64,000 nt of DNA from Octopus sinensis. Taxonomy: Eukaryota. The DNA lies in the NCBI RefSeq assembly GCF_006345805.1, contig NC_043008.1, positions 31,124,001 through 31,188,000 of the forward strand. The letters run 5' to 3'. The notes below the pieces were generated by a model, which saw nothing but the letters and a program-made list of their open reading frames with translations, made no database searches and was not told the DNA's origin. Position 1 is the stretch's first letter. The number at the start of each line of letters is the position of its first letter. Shown here piece after piece: positions 23,740-37,581 of this stretch. The translations under genes and the position numbers were made by a program.

Positions 23740-23880
23740 CGTCGGGCTTCTTTCAGTTTCCGTCTACCAAATCCGCTAACAAGGCTTTGGTCGGCCCGGG
23801 GCTATAGTAGAAGACACTTGCCCAAGCTTTCACACAGTGGAAGTGAACCCGGAACCATGTGATTGTGAAGCAAACTTCTT
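23740..23880 (-). mobile_element. Family-A SINE 5' half
   Basis: CGGGCTTCTTTCAGTTTCCGTCTACCAAATCC...GAAGACACTTGCCCAAG...GAACCCGGAACCATGTG. Confidence 0.85.
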
Positions 23881-25257
23881 ATCTTTCATCCTATGAACAT
23901 TATACTGTTTACATGGTACAATATATGTTTTAAGAATTTTAGATAGATTAATAAATATCAAACAGACTGTAACGGTTAAGACTTTAGCAGCAGCATGACG
24001 TCATAATCGTGTCGGCTGTCTTTTGTTTATAAGTATCTTACGCTTTTTCATTGGTCAATTTTACTGTCCATACATCGATCCTAATCTTCGTGATATGTTT
24101 CTTTTCCGTGAAGAAAGGTTCTTAGAATCAGGTTTACGGCAGTTATAAAAACCCTGATTTTCGGGAAATTATTCAGTGACTCTTGGTTTTCTGCACGGGA
24201 TCTTGTCACTCATTCTGGCAATGCTATTTTGCATTGTTCATCCTTCATGACCTTGCGTCATGCCTTTCTAAATAATTTTTAGAGTAATTTTGAGGAACTT
24301 GATAAGAAACTATTTCCTGTTATCTTTCTCACGACAGATTCTTTCAGAGCATGTTTTTTCTTCTTTATGATAAGTACTGCAATTTTTCCTATCACTATTA
24401 TGTTGTGATAAAATAATTGTAAATATTTTGACTCTCTGTAAATAAATAATTGGTGCTAAATCCAATCCTTCTCTTGATATTTTTCTGTACGAACTCTCAT
24501 CGTATTATTATAAGGAAAATGAATTAGCTAAAGATTTATTTGCATACAACTTGCTTTTTTCGACGAGAGAATACAGTCAACCCAGTATGAAGAAATGAAA
24601 TAACATTCTTAAGCTAAACATGACTTTCTAATTTCATTTTTACATATATATCCCCCTTGCTATTTAAAATACATTTTCTTATCCTGTTTAAACTGTCTTA
24701 TAACGGTGATGTTAGTGAAATGTCGATATCTTCAACATAGATGCCGTACGCCGTTACGAGTGTATATTACTTCTAGCGTTCTGTTTATGCCTCATATTAC
24801 TTCTAGCGTTCTGTATACGCCTCGCAACTAAAGGATTGATAACCCGACATAACCACCAACATCAACACGGTTATAAGACCCTGCTTTATAAATGTGCTGA
24901 TGTTAATTTTTAAATACAATTTAGTCCTTCATTTTTCATACTTTATTTCATATTTTAAGTTTATATTCTAACTGTCCCCAGAAAACAAGAAAATTCAGAA
25001 ATCATCCCCAAACTTGCTGGGTAGGTACTCCGGCACTCTATTAGTTCTTTTTATCTTGGGCTTGTAACATTTTTTGTTTTGTCTTTGATCAGTAAATGTT
25101 ACTTCCTATTTGCTTATATCAAGAAATCAAAGGAAATAACTACTACCTTCGAATTTTGCTTTTGTGACTTGGATATCAATGTTTTGAAACTGACCTATAT
25201 TCCATTACATTTCAGGCAGATTCAGTGCTGAGTTGCTGAAGCAGAAATATCGTTATA

Positions 25258-25432
25258 GTAAATATTCTCGCACAATACCACAGATTTGCTTGTCAGTTGC
25301 TTGACCTTATTCACTTGAGCATTCCCTTGATGGCTGACAAAATGTGCATCACTCATGATGAACAGGAGTAGTGCGGGAACATCATAGCCATGTCTTGAGA
25401 GAGATTCTTTGGGGTTTGAATAAATGTAACAA
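25258..25432. repeat. Partial copy of an unclassified interspersed repeat (see 50142-50626)
   Basis: TACCACAGATTTGCTTGTCAGTTGCTTGACCTT...CATCATAGCCATG...TTCTTTGGGGTTTGAATAA is shared with the 50.1 kb copy. Confidence 0.75.
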
Positions 25433-25747
25433 GAACGAAGTTGGAAGAAAATATTAACCATTTTCATACATTGTAGGAATAAGCAAATAGGAAATAACAG
25501 TTGTTATCAAAGGACAAAAATCGTTTTACAGTGTAATTTTAACCACGATACATAACTTTTAGCATAATAGTAGCTACAATTTTAGCTTCGATGGAACACA
25601 CATAGTATTTTCTAGTGTTTAAGAATTATGTTACTTGTGTATTTTCATGTGAGATGATAGAAAATATACGGAAACAACTGTTATTGAATTACGAGTAGAT
25701 ATCAAACAAAACCGTTACTTTTACAATAATTAGACTTTTACTTAAAA

Positions 25748-25891
25748 CAGTCATGTGCAACCTGCGGCCTTCGGGTCTTTCTGAATGGCATACCTAACGA
25801 AAAATTACTTTGTTTTTTACTAGTGGCGGCCTGCCAGATGATGAACTAAGTATCATGCGGTTTGCTTCTCGAAAAAGGTTGACCATACCTG
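25748..25891. mobile_element. hAT-type MITE
   Basis: Imperfect TIRs CAGTCATGTGCAACCT / AGGTTGACCATACCTG and an 8-bp TSD ACTTAAAA / ACTTAAAC. Confidence 0.7.
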
Positions 25892-25997
25892 ACTTAAACG
25901 ATGTGTTCCATATTTTAAAGCTGGCTCAGAAAATTGGAAGATTTCATTGGCAAATTTCATTATAATTCAATTTTTTGCTTCCCACTTTAACAACTGT

Positions 25998-26124
25998 TGC
26001 TGCAACGGCAGCAGCAGCAGCAGCGGCAGCGGCGGCGGCACTGGCGGCACCGGCAGCACCGGCAGCACCGGCGGCACCGGCAGCGGCACCGGCAGCAGCA
26101 CCGGCAGCAGCACCGGCAGCGGCA
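25998..26124. repeat. GC-rich (GCA/GCG/GCACCG) compound repeat
   Basis: Direct inspection; it generates the poly-Ala/Gly-Thr ORFs. Confidence 0.85.
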
Positions 26125-26509
26125 ATGATGTTTTTTTTTGTTCTAAACCACATCATATAATGCGTCCTTTTTACTTGAGTCAGTGGTTTGTGTTTAAGGT
26201 TGATTTGGTTACAGTTTTTTGCAGTTAAAGTTATCGCATAGACGTTTCCTGTTTGGAGAAGGCATTATAGGTATGGTGCAGACAGTTCAAATCCAAATTC
26301 TACAAACTCGTAGGTAGGGAATGAGGTTTCTGGTAGTTCTCCAGGTACGTAGATAGGTTATGGGGTAGGTAGGTAGGTAGGTAGGTAGGTAGGTAGGTAG
26401 GTAGGTAGGTAGGTAGGTAAGTAGGTACGTTCGTACGTAGGTAGGTACGTAGGTAGGTACGTAGGTAGGCAGGTCTAGGTATTGAGATAGATAGAAGGAT
26501 AGATAGATA

Positions 26510-27742
<1,233 letters not shown>

Positions 27743-28248
27743 GTAGCTTGATTGGTATCTAGGTAAGGACGTAGGTAGGTAGGCAGGAAGGTAGGTAAGT
27801 AGGTAAGTTGGCAGGTGGTTAGATAGGCACTTAGGTAAAAGTAGGTAAGCAGCTAGGCGTTAATAGTAGCTGCAAGAGAGCAAAACAATCGAAAAGGCAA
27901 TGTTTTATTTCTAAGATGTTATCCAGAAATATCGGACAACAAATTTTTAAAAATGTTTGTAACAAAATATATATAAGATATTGACTGAAATAAAATTTAT
28001 TAAAAATATCTTCAAATAATGTAAATATAATTGAATAAAGGTAAAAAGTAATATGTGTGAGTAGGTGTATGTTTATGTATATTTACACACACACACACAT
28101 ATATATATATTATATATATATATATATACTATATATATATATATATATACATATATATAAGTATATATATATAACATATATAGTATATACGATATGTGTA
28201 AATAAAATACATATCTATATATATGTATATATATACAATATAATGATA

Positions 28249-28298
<50 letters not shown>

Positions 28299-28300
28299 TA

Positions 28301-28340
<40 letters not shown>

Positions 28341-28676
28341 TATAATATATATATATATATATATACATATATAATATATATACATATATATACATATATA
28401 TATATACATACATACATACATACATACATACATACTACATACATACATACATACATATATATCCACGTATACCTATACATGTATAATTTGTCAAACTGAA
28501 ATAACATTAACTAAAAAGATATTTTTAAACAATTTTAATAAAAATGATGAATGAGAAAACACACGCTTACACACGCATACACACACATACACACACACGT
28601 ACTACACTCGCACACGCACATTAATTTCTAATTTTATGCGTCTGTGTTTGTGTGCCTATAATTCTCACATGATAAG

Positions 28677-28795
28677 TATGTATGTATGCATGTATGTATG
28701 TATGTATGTATGTATGTATGTATGTATGTATGTATGTATGTATGTATGTATGTATGTATGTATGTATGTATGTATGTATGTATGTATGTATGTAT
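28677..28795. repeat. (GTAT)n microsatellite
   Basis: Direct inspection. Confidence 0.95.
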
Positions 28796-29164
28796 ATAAG
28801 TGCGTATGTAACTACGTATGTTTATGTACAAATCAGAAGTGCACAAAGCACTTCGAATGAAATATAAGTTTGAATCTAAAATGTCCGTGTGCACTCGAAC
28901 AGAGAAAAGTATACGCTGCAGAAATTGCCCCGAGAAAAAGAAATTCTCCTTATTGACTACAGCATGTGTGAAAAACACATAATTGAATTATAGATGACGT
29001 CATCAGACCGTGAGATATGTGCGTATCTATGTCGTCACGCATCGTCAGCTATGATACCGAGTTGTTGGTCATAGCCATTAAGAATTTAATGTTCGTATAT
29101 GATACGTATATGATACGTACGCTACAGAATTTTCCCAAAATAACAATATTCTGTAGCGCATGTT

Positions 29165-29844
29165 TTACTATGTTAGGATATACACGAACATGTTAAATAT
29201 AATTGTACACGCCCATATTTAATTCAAAGTGACTTAGTGTGCCTCCAATTAATTAACTGCGAATTGACAACTCTGCGTGCATCAACAAATATGTTATTTG
29301 TCTTTATAATATATGAACGACAAGTTCTTAATAGTTATGAACGACGATCCAATATCTACTGCTGACGACGCGTAACGGCGCAGAAACACACGCATCCTAC
29401 AGTCCTATGACATCATTCATTGTCCCATGGGGTTTTTCACACATGATAATAACGACAATGTTTTCTATTGGGACACTTCTGCAGCGTACGTCTTTCCTTG
29501 TCCGAATGTGTATGAACATGTTAAATATGACTGTACACACCTAGACACACATGCACACGAATACATTCTTACATGCATATATACATACTTACAAGCATTC
29601 ATGTGTGTATATATATATATAATATAATGTGTGTATTTATGTATGTATGTATGTATGTATGTATGTATGTATGTATGTATGTATGTATGTATGCATGCGT
29701 GTATGTAATCGTACACATATTTGTTGATGCACGCAGAGTTGTCAATTCGCAGTTAATTAATTGGAGGCACATTAAGTCACTTTGAATTAAATATAGGTAT
29801 GTACAATTATATTTAACAGGTTCGTGTATATCCTAACATAGTAA
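29165..29844. repeat. Inverted-repeat module (129-bp arms) with a degenerate hammerhead-like motif in the loop
   Basis: Arms 29165-29293 and 29716-29844 with about 5 mismatches. The loop has CTGACGA CGCG-TAACGG-CGCA GAAA at 29362-29386. Confidence 0.7.
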
Positions 29845-29939
29845 GTAAGTGTCTTTTACAATAGCCCCAGGCTGACCAAAGCTTTGTGAGTGAACTTGGT
29901 AGAAGGAAACTGAAAGAAGGCCGTTGTATACATATATAC

Positions 29940-30004
<65 letters not shown>

Positions 30005-30112
30005 TCTGTGTGTGTATATGATTGTCTGTATGAGTATATCTTTACTCTAAGATACATATAATTCAAGGACGTAGAGTTTCTTGCAACAATATTTATCAAA
30101 CCTATACGTGCG

Positions 30113-30145
<33 letters not shown>

Positions 30146-31133
30146 AGAGAGTTTGTAGATATTTATGCCTATAGTAGATGGACTCATATGAATTTAAGCG
30201 GTAAATTTTTTCTATTCATCCACTCGAGATATATCAACACTAAGCGTGCACAATAACATATTCATTTCGTGTTTTGACTGTACATCTAGTATGAATTATA
30301 CGTGGAATACTTATAGTAAGAAACCTTGCAAGAAACCTTAATGTTTCGACGAATGCTCTTCTCTTGAACCGATGTCGTTTGAAAAAAGACAGTATCTCGC
30401 TTTCCCAGAACAGTTTTACGGTGGTAGCTAGTTTCAACGAGTGGGTGGTAGATAATTTGACCAGATACGTAAAATAGAAATGAAATGCCTATACAATGTA
30501 TGAACAAAAAATAAAATTGTTCCAGAAATTCAGTGTAAACTACTTTCTAATAGTTTTACTAAGAAAGTATGAATTTAGAAGCTTAAAAACACGCCAGGAG
30601 ATAAATAGTAGATAGACTGGCACGTACTTAAGCAGTAAAGTTTTCTGTTCGTTCAGTCGAGGTAGTTAAACACATAGACTGCACAATGACGTGTTAAATA
30701 GGTGTTTGACAATTGATCTATTGTGAATAAGACAACAGAGAACATTTAAATAATCCTCACAAAAAGATCGCTATGGTTACGTATTAGAAAATTAAATATT
30801 CCAGGCATATACATGCATATATGTAGTGTGCACGCTCATAGACACATAAATACGGCAAATTTAATTATTTCTCCGTAGATGAGAAAAATGTGTACCGACT
30901 TAATTCATTCTCGAAACTTATTAAGTTCTCATCGAAGGTGTCTACATCACTTGACCAATACTAGAGAAAGAAGTAACCAATTTGTTTAGATATGCAACGA
31001 ATCCAGTAACCTCCGAGAACTAGAACTACTGCTTTGCGCAATATAATTATTTTAAACTTTGTTTAATATCAGTGGACTGTTATCGGGGATTTCAGTGCAC
31101 ACATGAGATAGATAGATCGATAGATAGATAGAC

Positions 31134-31216
<83 letters not shown>

Positions 31217-32398
31217 CACAAACTCGCGTACTTACATGCATACATATATATACATATAATTACATAACTATATATATACATATATACATATATATATATA
31301 CACACACACAACACACACACACACACACACACACTCATACACATACAGATTTGACTATGATAATGTCTCGCTTTGGAGTAAAATGAGAATACAAATTCAT
31401 TCTGCCATCAAAAATATGTGCAAATTAGGCTATCAATTAATTAGGAAAGAAACCCGAGTCTTTTCTGAGGAGCGATTAACAAAATATCAAACAGTGCGTT
31501 AGAAGACCCCCATGAAAAGTATTAAATGAAAATGTTTGTATTCTTAGTGCACACACAGTGAAGCTTTGTGATATTTTAATTCATTTCAGGTCTAATTTGC
31601 GCTGTACATAAAATAGATCTTGTATAATTAATGACGGGCCGTCAACCCCCAACCCATCAAGTATGCAAAGTAGATTGTCCACTAGTGCGCTAGTCAATTT
31701 TATGACAGCTTAATATACCAGTTGACCAATACTGATGGTTGGATCGGAAGCCAGTTATTTTAAGTTTGAGGAACTGTGAAACGTCTATCAGGTGACGTCC
31801 ACCCTCTTTAATCTGTACATTAATAGCATAGAAATATATGTATATATATATATTCAAAGAGAGAGAGAAATACATACATATATAGATACATACACACGCG
31901 CGACCACGTGCACAGGCGCGCACACACACACACACACTCTTACTTATATACATATATATATATGTATGCATGTATTTGCTGATATAGTTAATGAATGGTC
32001 ATCGTTGACACATTTAGCCGGCAGGCTGGATAAAGCTTCGTAATTAGTGCTGGCGACGGAAGCATTATTAGTTCAGGTTAGCTCAACTTAGTAATCTGTA
32101 TATCTTACATGTTTGCATCATTTTAACTATACTAGCTAGCTGCCAATTTTCATGTGAGGTTAGTAGATATGTGATTCCAGTAGATATTCTCTTCTATAGA
32201 AGCTCAAAGAAACAGAAATCTGAATTTAACAATAACACGGCTGTTGCTGATACATTTAAGTGATCTTCAACACTTTACGTCTAGATGCTTTCTCCAGACG
32301 AATAGCACTGTTTAGAAAGCTTTCAACAGTATATATGCTTTAAGTATGATATACAGATTACTCATTTGAACTAATGCTGCTTCCATCACCAATAACAA

Positions 32399-32439
<41 letters not shown>

Positions 32440-32441
<2 letters not shown>

Positions 32442-32645
32442 TGTGTGTCTGTGTGTCTGTTTGTGTCTTTCTGTCACCACTTCTTAATGTGTTTACGTCC
32501 CCATAACTTAGCGGTCCAGCTTACATAAGCGATAGAATAAGTACCAGGCTTACAAACAAACAAAAATGAGTGGTACGGTCGAATATTTCGACTAATATTT
32601 TTTTTAGGCTGTGCCCCAGTATGGCTGCAGTCCAATGACTAAAGC
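32440..32645 (+). mobile_element. Family-A SINE 3' half, degenerate
   Basis: GTTTACGTCCCCATAACTTAGCGG...GATAGAATAAGTAC...CCCAGTATGGCTGCAGTC. Confidence 0.7.
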
Positions 32646-32684
32646 ATTAAAGGATGGAAGATGATATATATATATATAATATAT

Positions 32685-32727
<43 letters not shown>

Positions 32728-32731
<4 letters not shown>

Positions 32732-32920
32732 GCACCCGTCGTTACGACGACGAAGGCTCCAGTTTATCCGATCAACGGAACAGCCTTGTCGCGAAATTAG
32801 CGTACAAGTGGCTGAGCACTCCACAGGCACGCGTACCCTTAACGTAGTTCCCAGGGAGATTTAGAGTGACACAAAATGTGAGAAGGTTGGCTCTTTGATA
32901 TACATGTACTACTCATTTTT
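32728..32920 (-). mobile_element. Family-C SINE 3' part
   Basis: Reverse-complement homology to 52560-52752 (ACCCTTAACGTAGTT, GTGGCTGAGCACTCCACAG). Confidence 0.75.
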
Positions 32921-33151
32921 GAAAGATATTTGACTGCTATTTTCAGTAGACTGAGTGATAAATGAATTGTTATGTTTACCAATACTGGATGTGTCTGTAA
33001 ATAAAAATGTTTTGTGTGAAGAAAACTACAAAATGTCTGTTCCGTTATTTATGTAAATATATAGATAATTTTACAAGTTTGTGCATTTGTGTGTATATGC
33101 GTGTGTGTGTTTGTGTATGTGTATGTGTACATGTTTGTTCATATACATATA

Positions 33152-33219
<68 letters not shown>

Positions 33220-33221
33220 AT

Positions 33222-33257
<36 letters not shown>

Positions 33258-33539
33258 AAGAGAGATAGATGCTTGTTCGTATATATTACACACACATATA
33301 CATATGTTTCAAATAGTTTCAAAAGAAGTGTGAAAGGAAGATGTAAAAAGGTATAAAAATAAGAAAGCTATTTTAATTTGAATTACTTTTCAGTAATTTG
33401 AAATTTTTTTCTCAACTCATTATTTAAAATATATCGTTTGGTATACATTAGCAAAATATCATTCTAGTGACAATAAATATGTAAACACCATAAATTGGGA
33501 AAACATTGCAGATAACTCATTGGACAGAACAGTAAAAAA

Positions 33540-34188
33540 TCTGAAATGGATCTTCTATCGAAATGTTAAACGTCGTAAACAGTGGCTTGGTAAAAGGGAA
33601 GAAGCTCAACCACAACCGAGAAGGGAACTTCATGGGGAAAAGGTTCTTCTCTCTATCTGGTAGGATTGCAAAGGAGTAATTCACTTTGAATTGTTACCAC
33701 CTAATGCAACAATCAATGCTCAAGTCTACTGTCAGCAATAAGAGCGTTTGAACAAAGCTTTGAAGAAAAGAAGACCCACTTTAGTGAATCGAAAAGGAGT
33801 GATGTTTCATCAGGACAATGCGCGACCCCACACTGCAAAGATCACATCACAGAAGATCGAAGATCTTGGTTGGGAAAACATTCCTCATCCAGCTTATTCC
33901 CCCGACCTTGATCCTTCAGACTACCATTTGTTTCATAGTTTACTGAATTATTTGGGGGGACATAACTTTCGCAAGCCAGGAGGAGGTTGAAACTGACATT
34001 TCAGAGTTCTTCGCTTTGAAACGAAAAGAGTTTTACATTGATAGAATTAATAAGCTTGTAAATAGATCGAAGGAAGTCATAGATAATCAGGGAAAGAAAT
34101 TGATAATTAAATTTCAATTAAATATGACATTTGATCACTTGTTTTCTTTATTCAAAATTCGGATAGAACTTATGGGATGACTTGATAG
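33540..34188 (+). mobile_element. Mariner 3' fragment
   Basis: KVLLSIW*DCKGVIHFELL, GVMFHQDNARPH, HPAYSPDLDPSDYHLF, and a 3' TIR ending ACTTATGGGATGACTTGATA. Confidence 0.88.
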
Positions 34189-34299
34189 AACGATATGTGA
34201 ATTAACATAAAAGCTTAAAGGCTTGGAAATTGATATATCTAGTGGAAGTGAAATGTAAGAAGAAAATCAATCTTCAAATTATATATAATGGTAGATATC

Positions 34300-34625
34300 A
34301 CTTATATGAACAAAAGGTGTGTTTCTGCCAATGCCTACATTGATAAGCACGCTCTATAACCGTGTTTACAAGGGGATTCTTAGAAAATAAAATAGAAAAT
34401 AGTTCACTATTACAGAGTTGGCAAAATTCTTTGCCTTTACCATATGGGAATGAAATGGAGAGAATCAACCAATCTAAATTAAATTGTTTATTATGGTCTT
34501 TTAAATACCAAATTAATTTACTAAGCCCTGTAATGTTGCGTTTATTACCATCCCTAAATGTAGAATAATGATTAGAAATTCTTTTACGTAACTGAGAAGA
34601 ACTACTTATATAAAAAATGACATCG
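34300..34625 (-). mobile_element. Penelope-like GIY-YIG C-terminal fragment
   Basis: LRKRISNHYSTF...TGLSKLIWYLKD...WLILS...PY...CQLCNSE...CRHWQKH. Confidence 0.8.
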
Positions 34626-34750
34626 GTACCTAAAGTAAGTTTACACTGGTATAGAGTTTTTAATCTTAGAATTACTAGACATAAACTTAATATGTAATAT
34701 ATATGTATATACATATATGTGTATATACATACACACACACACACACACAT

Positions 34751-34774
<24 letters not shown>

Positions 34775-34784
<10 letters not shown>

Positions 34785-34868
34785 TATATATATATATATA
34801 TATATTGTACATACATATATGTATATATACATATATTTACATATATATATATATATACATATATTTAC

Positions 34869-34908
<40 letters not shown>

Positions 34909-35503
34909 TATAGTGAGGGCGCATAGCTTAGTCGTTAGGATGTTGCACTCGTGATCAAGCGATCGTAATTTCAATTCCTAGACCGATGGTGCATTGTGTT
35001 CTTGAGCAGAAAACTTTGTCTTATGTTGCTCTGCGAACACTTCGACACCTGACGCGTGGCACACACTGAACACATTCAGACAACGTCGATTTGATGAGGA
35101 GATTGAGCAAATGTGTGGCACAAATGTATGATCATTATAAACAAATCATATATGCAGGTTGTTCGGTAAAAACTGAACGCTCATACGTCGTCTTCGACGG
35201 GAGAGACCATCATATATATTTATAAATATACGAGAAGGAGCTGCAACGTTTCTGGCTTTGGGCAAGGGAAAATACAGGAGGATCAGTTAATTATAATTTT
35301 AGTCAACATATTCTTCTCTAAGATTCACGCACTTATTGCAGCGGTCCTTCAGTTTTTCTAAGCCCTGTAAATGAACTCGGAAGTTTGGGCCACCAGCCAG
35401 GTCTTTCGGGATACCCTTAAAACCAGCAACTTCGTAAATATGTGTGTGTGTGGTGTGTGTGTGTGTGTGTGTGTCTGTGTGTGTATGTATGTATGAATGT
35501 ATG

Positions 35504-35553
<50 letters not shown>

Positions 35554-36195
35554 ATATATATATTGTACATACATATATGTATATATACATATATATTACA
35601 TATATATATATATATACATATATATTATATATATAAATACATACATGTATATACATATATATATATATTATAGTGAGGGCGCATAGCTTAGTCGTTAGGA
35701 TGTTGCACTCGTGATCAAGCGATCGTAATTTCAATTCCTAGACCGATGGTGCATTGTGTTCTTGAGCAGAAAACTTTGTCTTATGTTGCTCTGCGAACAC
35801 TTCGACACCTGACGCGTGGCACACACTGAACACATTCAGACAACGTCGATTTGATGAGGAGATTGAGCAAATGTGTGGCACAAATGTATGATCATTATAA
35901 ACAAATCATATATGCAGGTTGTTCGGTAAAAACTGAACGCTCATACGTCGTCTTCGACGGGAGAGACCATCATATATATTATAAATATACGAGAAGGAGC
36001 TGCAACGTTTCTGGCTTTGGCAAGGGAAAATACAGGAGGATCAGTTAATTATAATTTTAGTCAACATATTCTTCTCTAAGATTCACGCACTTATTGCAGC
36101 GGTCCTTCAGTTTTTCTAAGCCCTGTAAATGAACTCGGAAGTTTGGGCCACCAGCCAGGTCTTTCGGGATACCCTTAAAACCAGCAACTTCGTAA

Positions 36196-36236
<41 letters not shown>

Positions 36237-36279
36237 TGTGTGTGTATGTATGTATGAATGTATGTATGTGTATATATAT

Positions 36280-36315
<36 letters not shown>
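34775..36315. repeat. Near-identical tandem duplication, period about 760 bp
   Basis: 34911-35438 matches 35671-36198, apparently with a single 1-nt indel. Each unit is family-C SINE + mariner 3' end + microsatellite. Confidence 0.92.
34914..35150 (+). mobile_element. Family-C tRNA-headed SINE (duplicated at 35674-35910)
   Basis: GAGGGCGCATAGCTTAGTCG (A-box-like)...TTTCAATTCC (B-box-like), then GTGTTCTTGAGCAGAAAACTT. Confidence 0.7.
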
Positions 36316-36340
<25 letters not shown>

Positions 36341-36351
36341 GGGGAGAGAGA

Positions 36352-37570
36352 CGAGGGTCGACTGAAAAGTTCATATGCTGACCAAATGAAATTCATTTTT
36401 ACAACAGAGACCCCAAATATTTTTTGCATCGGTGTTACAATGTTGATAAAGCGCTCGTCCTGGTGATCAAAAACGTCATCAACAGCAGATATGATGTTAC
36501 CATCACTGCGTTACTGGTTCCCAGCCAAGCGTGATTTCAATTTGGGAAACAGGTGATAGTCACATAGAACCAAGTCAAGAGAATAGGGAGAGTGATTAAT
36601 CAGCTGGCAGACCCAGTTATGCACAGCATATATTGAAAGCAAGGTCCTGTGTGCTGGAGTATTGTCCTGATGACACCTTTCGTCAGTTTTCCCAGGTGTT
36701 TGGTCTTGACTGCTTTTCGTAACTGTCTCAGCAAGTTGGCATAGTACTCTTTGTTGATGGTGTAGTCCTTTTGAACATAGTCAATAAACACAATGCTTTT
36801 TACATCGAACAAAACTGAGGCTATCACTCTCCCCACTGATGAAACGATATTGGCCTTCTTTAGAGTAAGTGAAAAGGGCTGTTTCCACTGCATGGATTGA
36901 CTCCTTGTTTCTGGCTCAAACTCATCCTGGCTTAGAAAGCGGTCAAGGAAACCAGCTGGATCTGCCTCAAACAATGTCAAAGTTTTCTGTAATGTGATCT
37001 ATCTAATGCGCTTTTGATCGGGTGTCGGAAGATGTAGCACCCACCGAACAGAAATTTCGTCATGCCAAGTTCATTGTACAGAGTATTCTCGACTCTCCCA
37101 CGGGATATGTTAATAGCATTGGCTATTTGATTTGTGATCAATCACCTATTATCCACCACAGAGTGGTGAACAGGACCACTGTTTTCCTCGGTGGTGGCTG
37201 TTGCAGGATGTCCAGACTTTAGGTGATCTTCAAAACTCCCCTTTCCCTTTCTAAATTAAGGCGCTCTTTTTGTACTGTTGATAAAGCTGGAGTAACACCC
37301 ACTAATGTCGCAACCATGTCAGCATTAATGTCCTTGAGGGCTAACCCCTTTTTCTGCAGGTACTTGATAACACCATGATGCGAAATTTTGTCCATTTTCA
37401 AGAGAAAATTATATTAGTTTTTAAGTCTTCTCTGAATAGCCAGACATCAGTTTGCCTAGATAGGAATGATGCAGTTATTAATCAGAAGGGTTAAAATTAA
37501 TGAATGCAATATTTCACAGTTCCAGCATCATACCTTCATAGTCAGCCAATGAACTTTTCTGCCGACCTCG
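36352..37570 (-). mobile_element. Mariner element (irritans/Himar1-like), both TIRs present, transposase disrupted
   Basis: TIRs at 36352-36382 and 37541-37570. MDKISHHGVIKYLQKKGL, EPETRSQSMQW, GRVIASVLFDVKSIVFIDY, YYANLLRQLR. Confidence 0.9.
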
Positions 37571-37581
37571 TGTGTATATAA

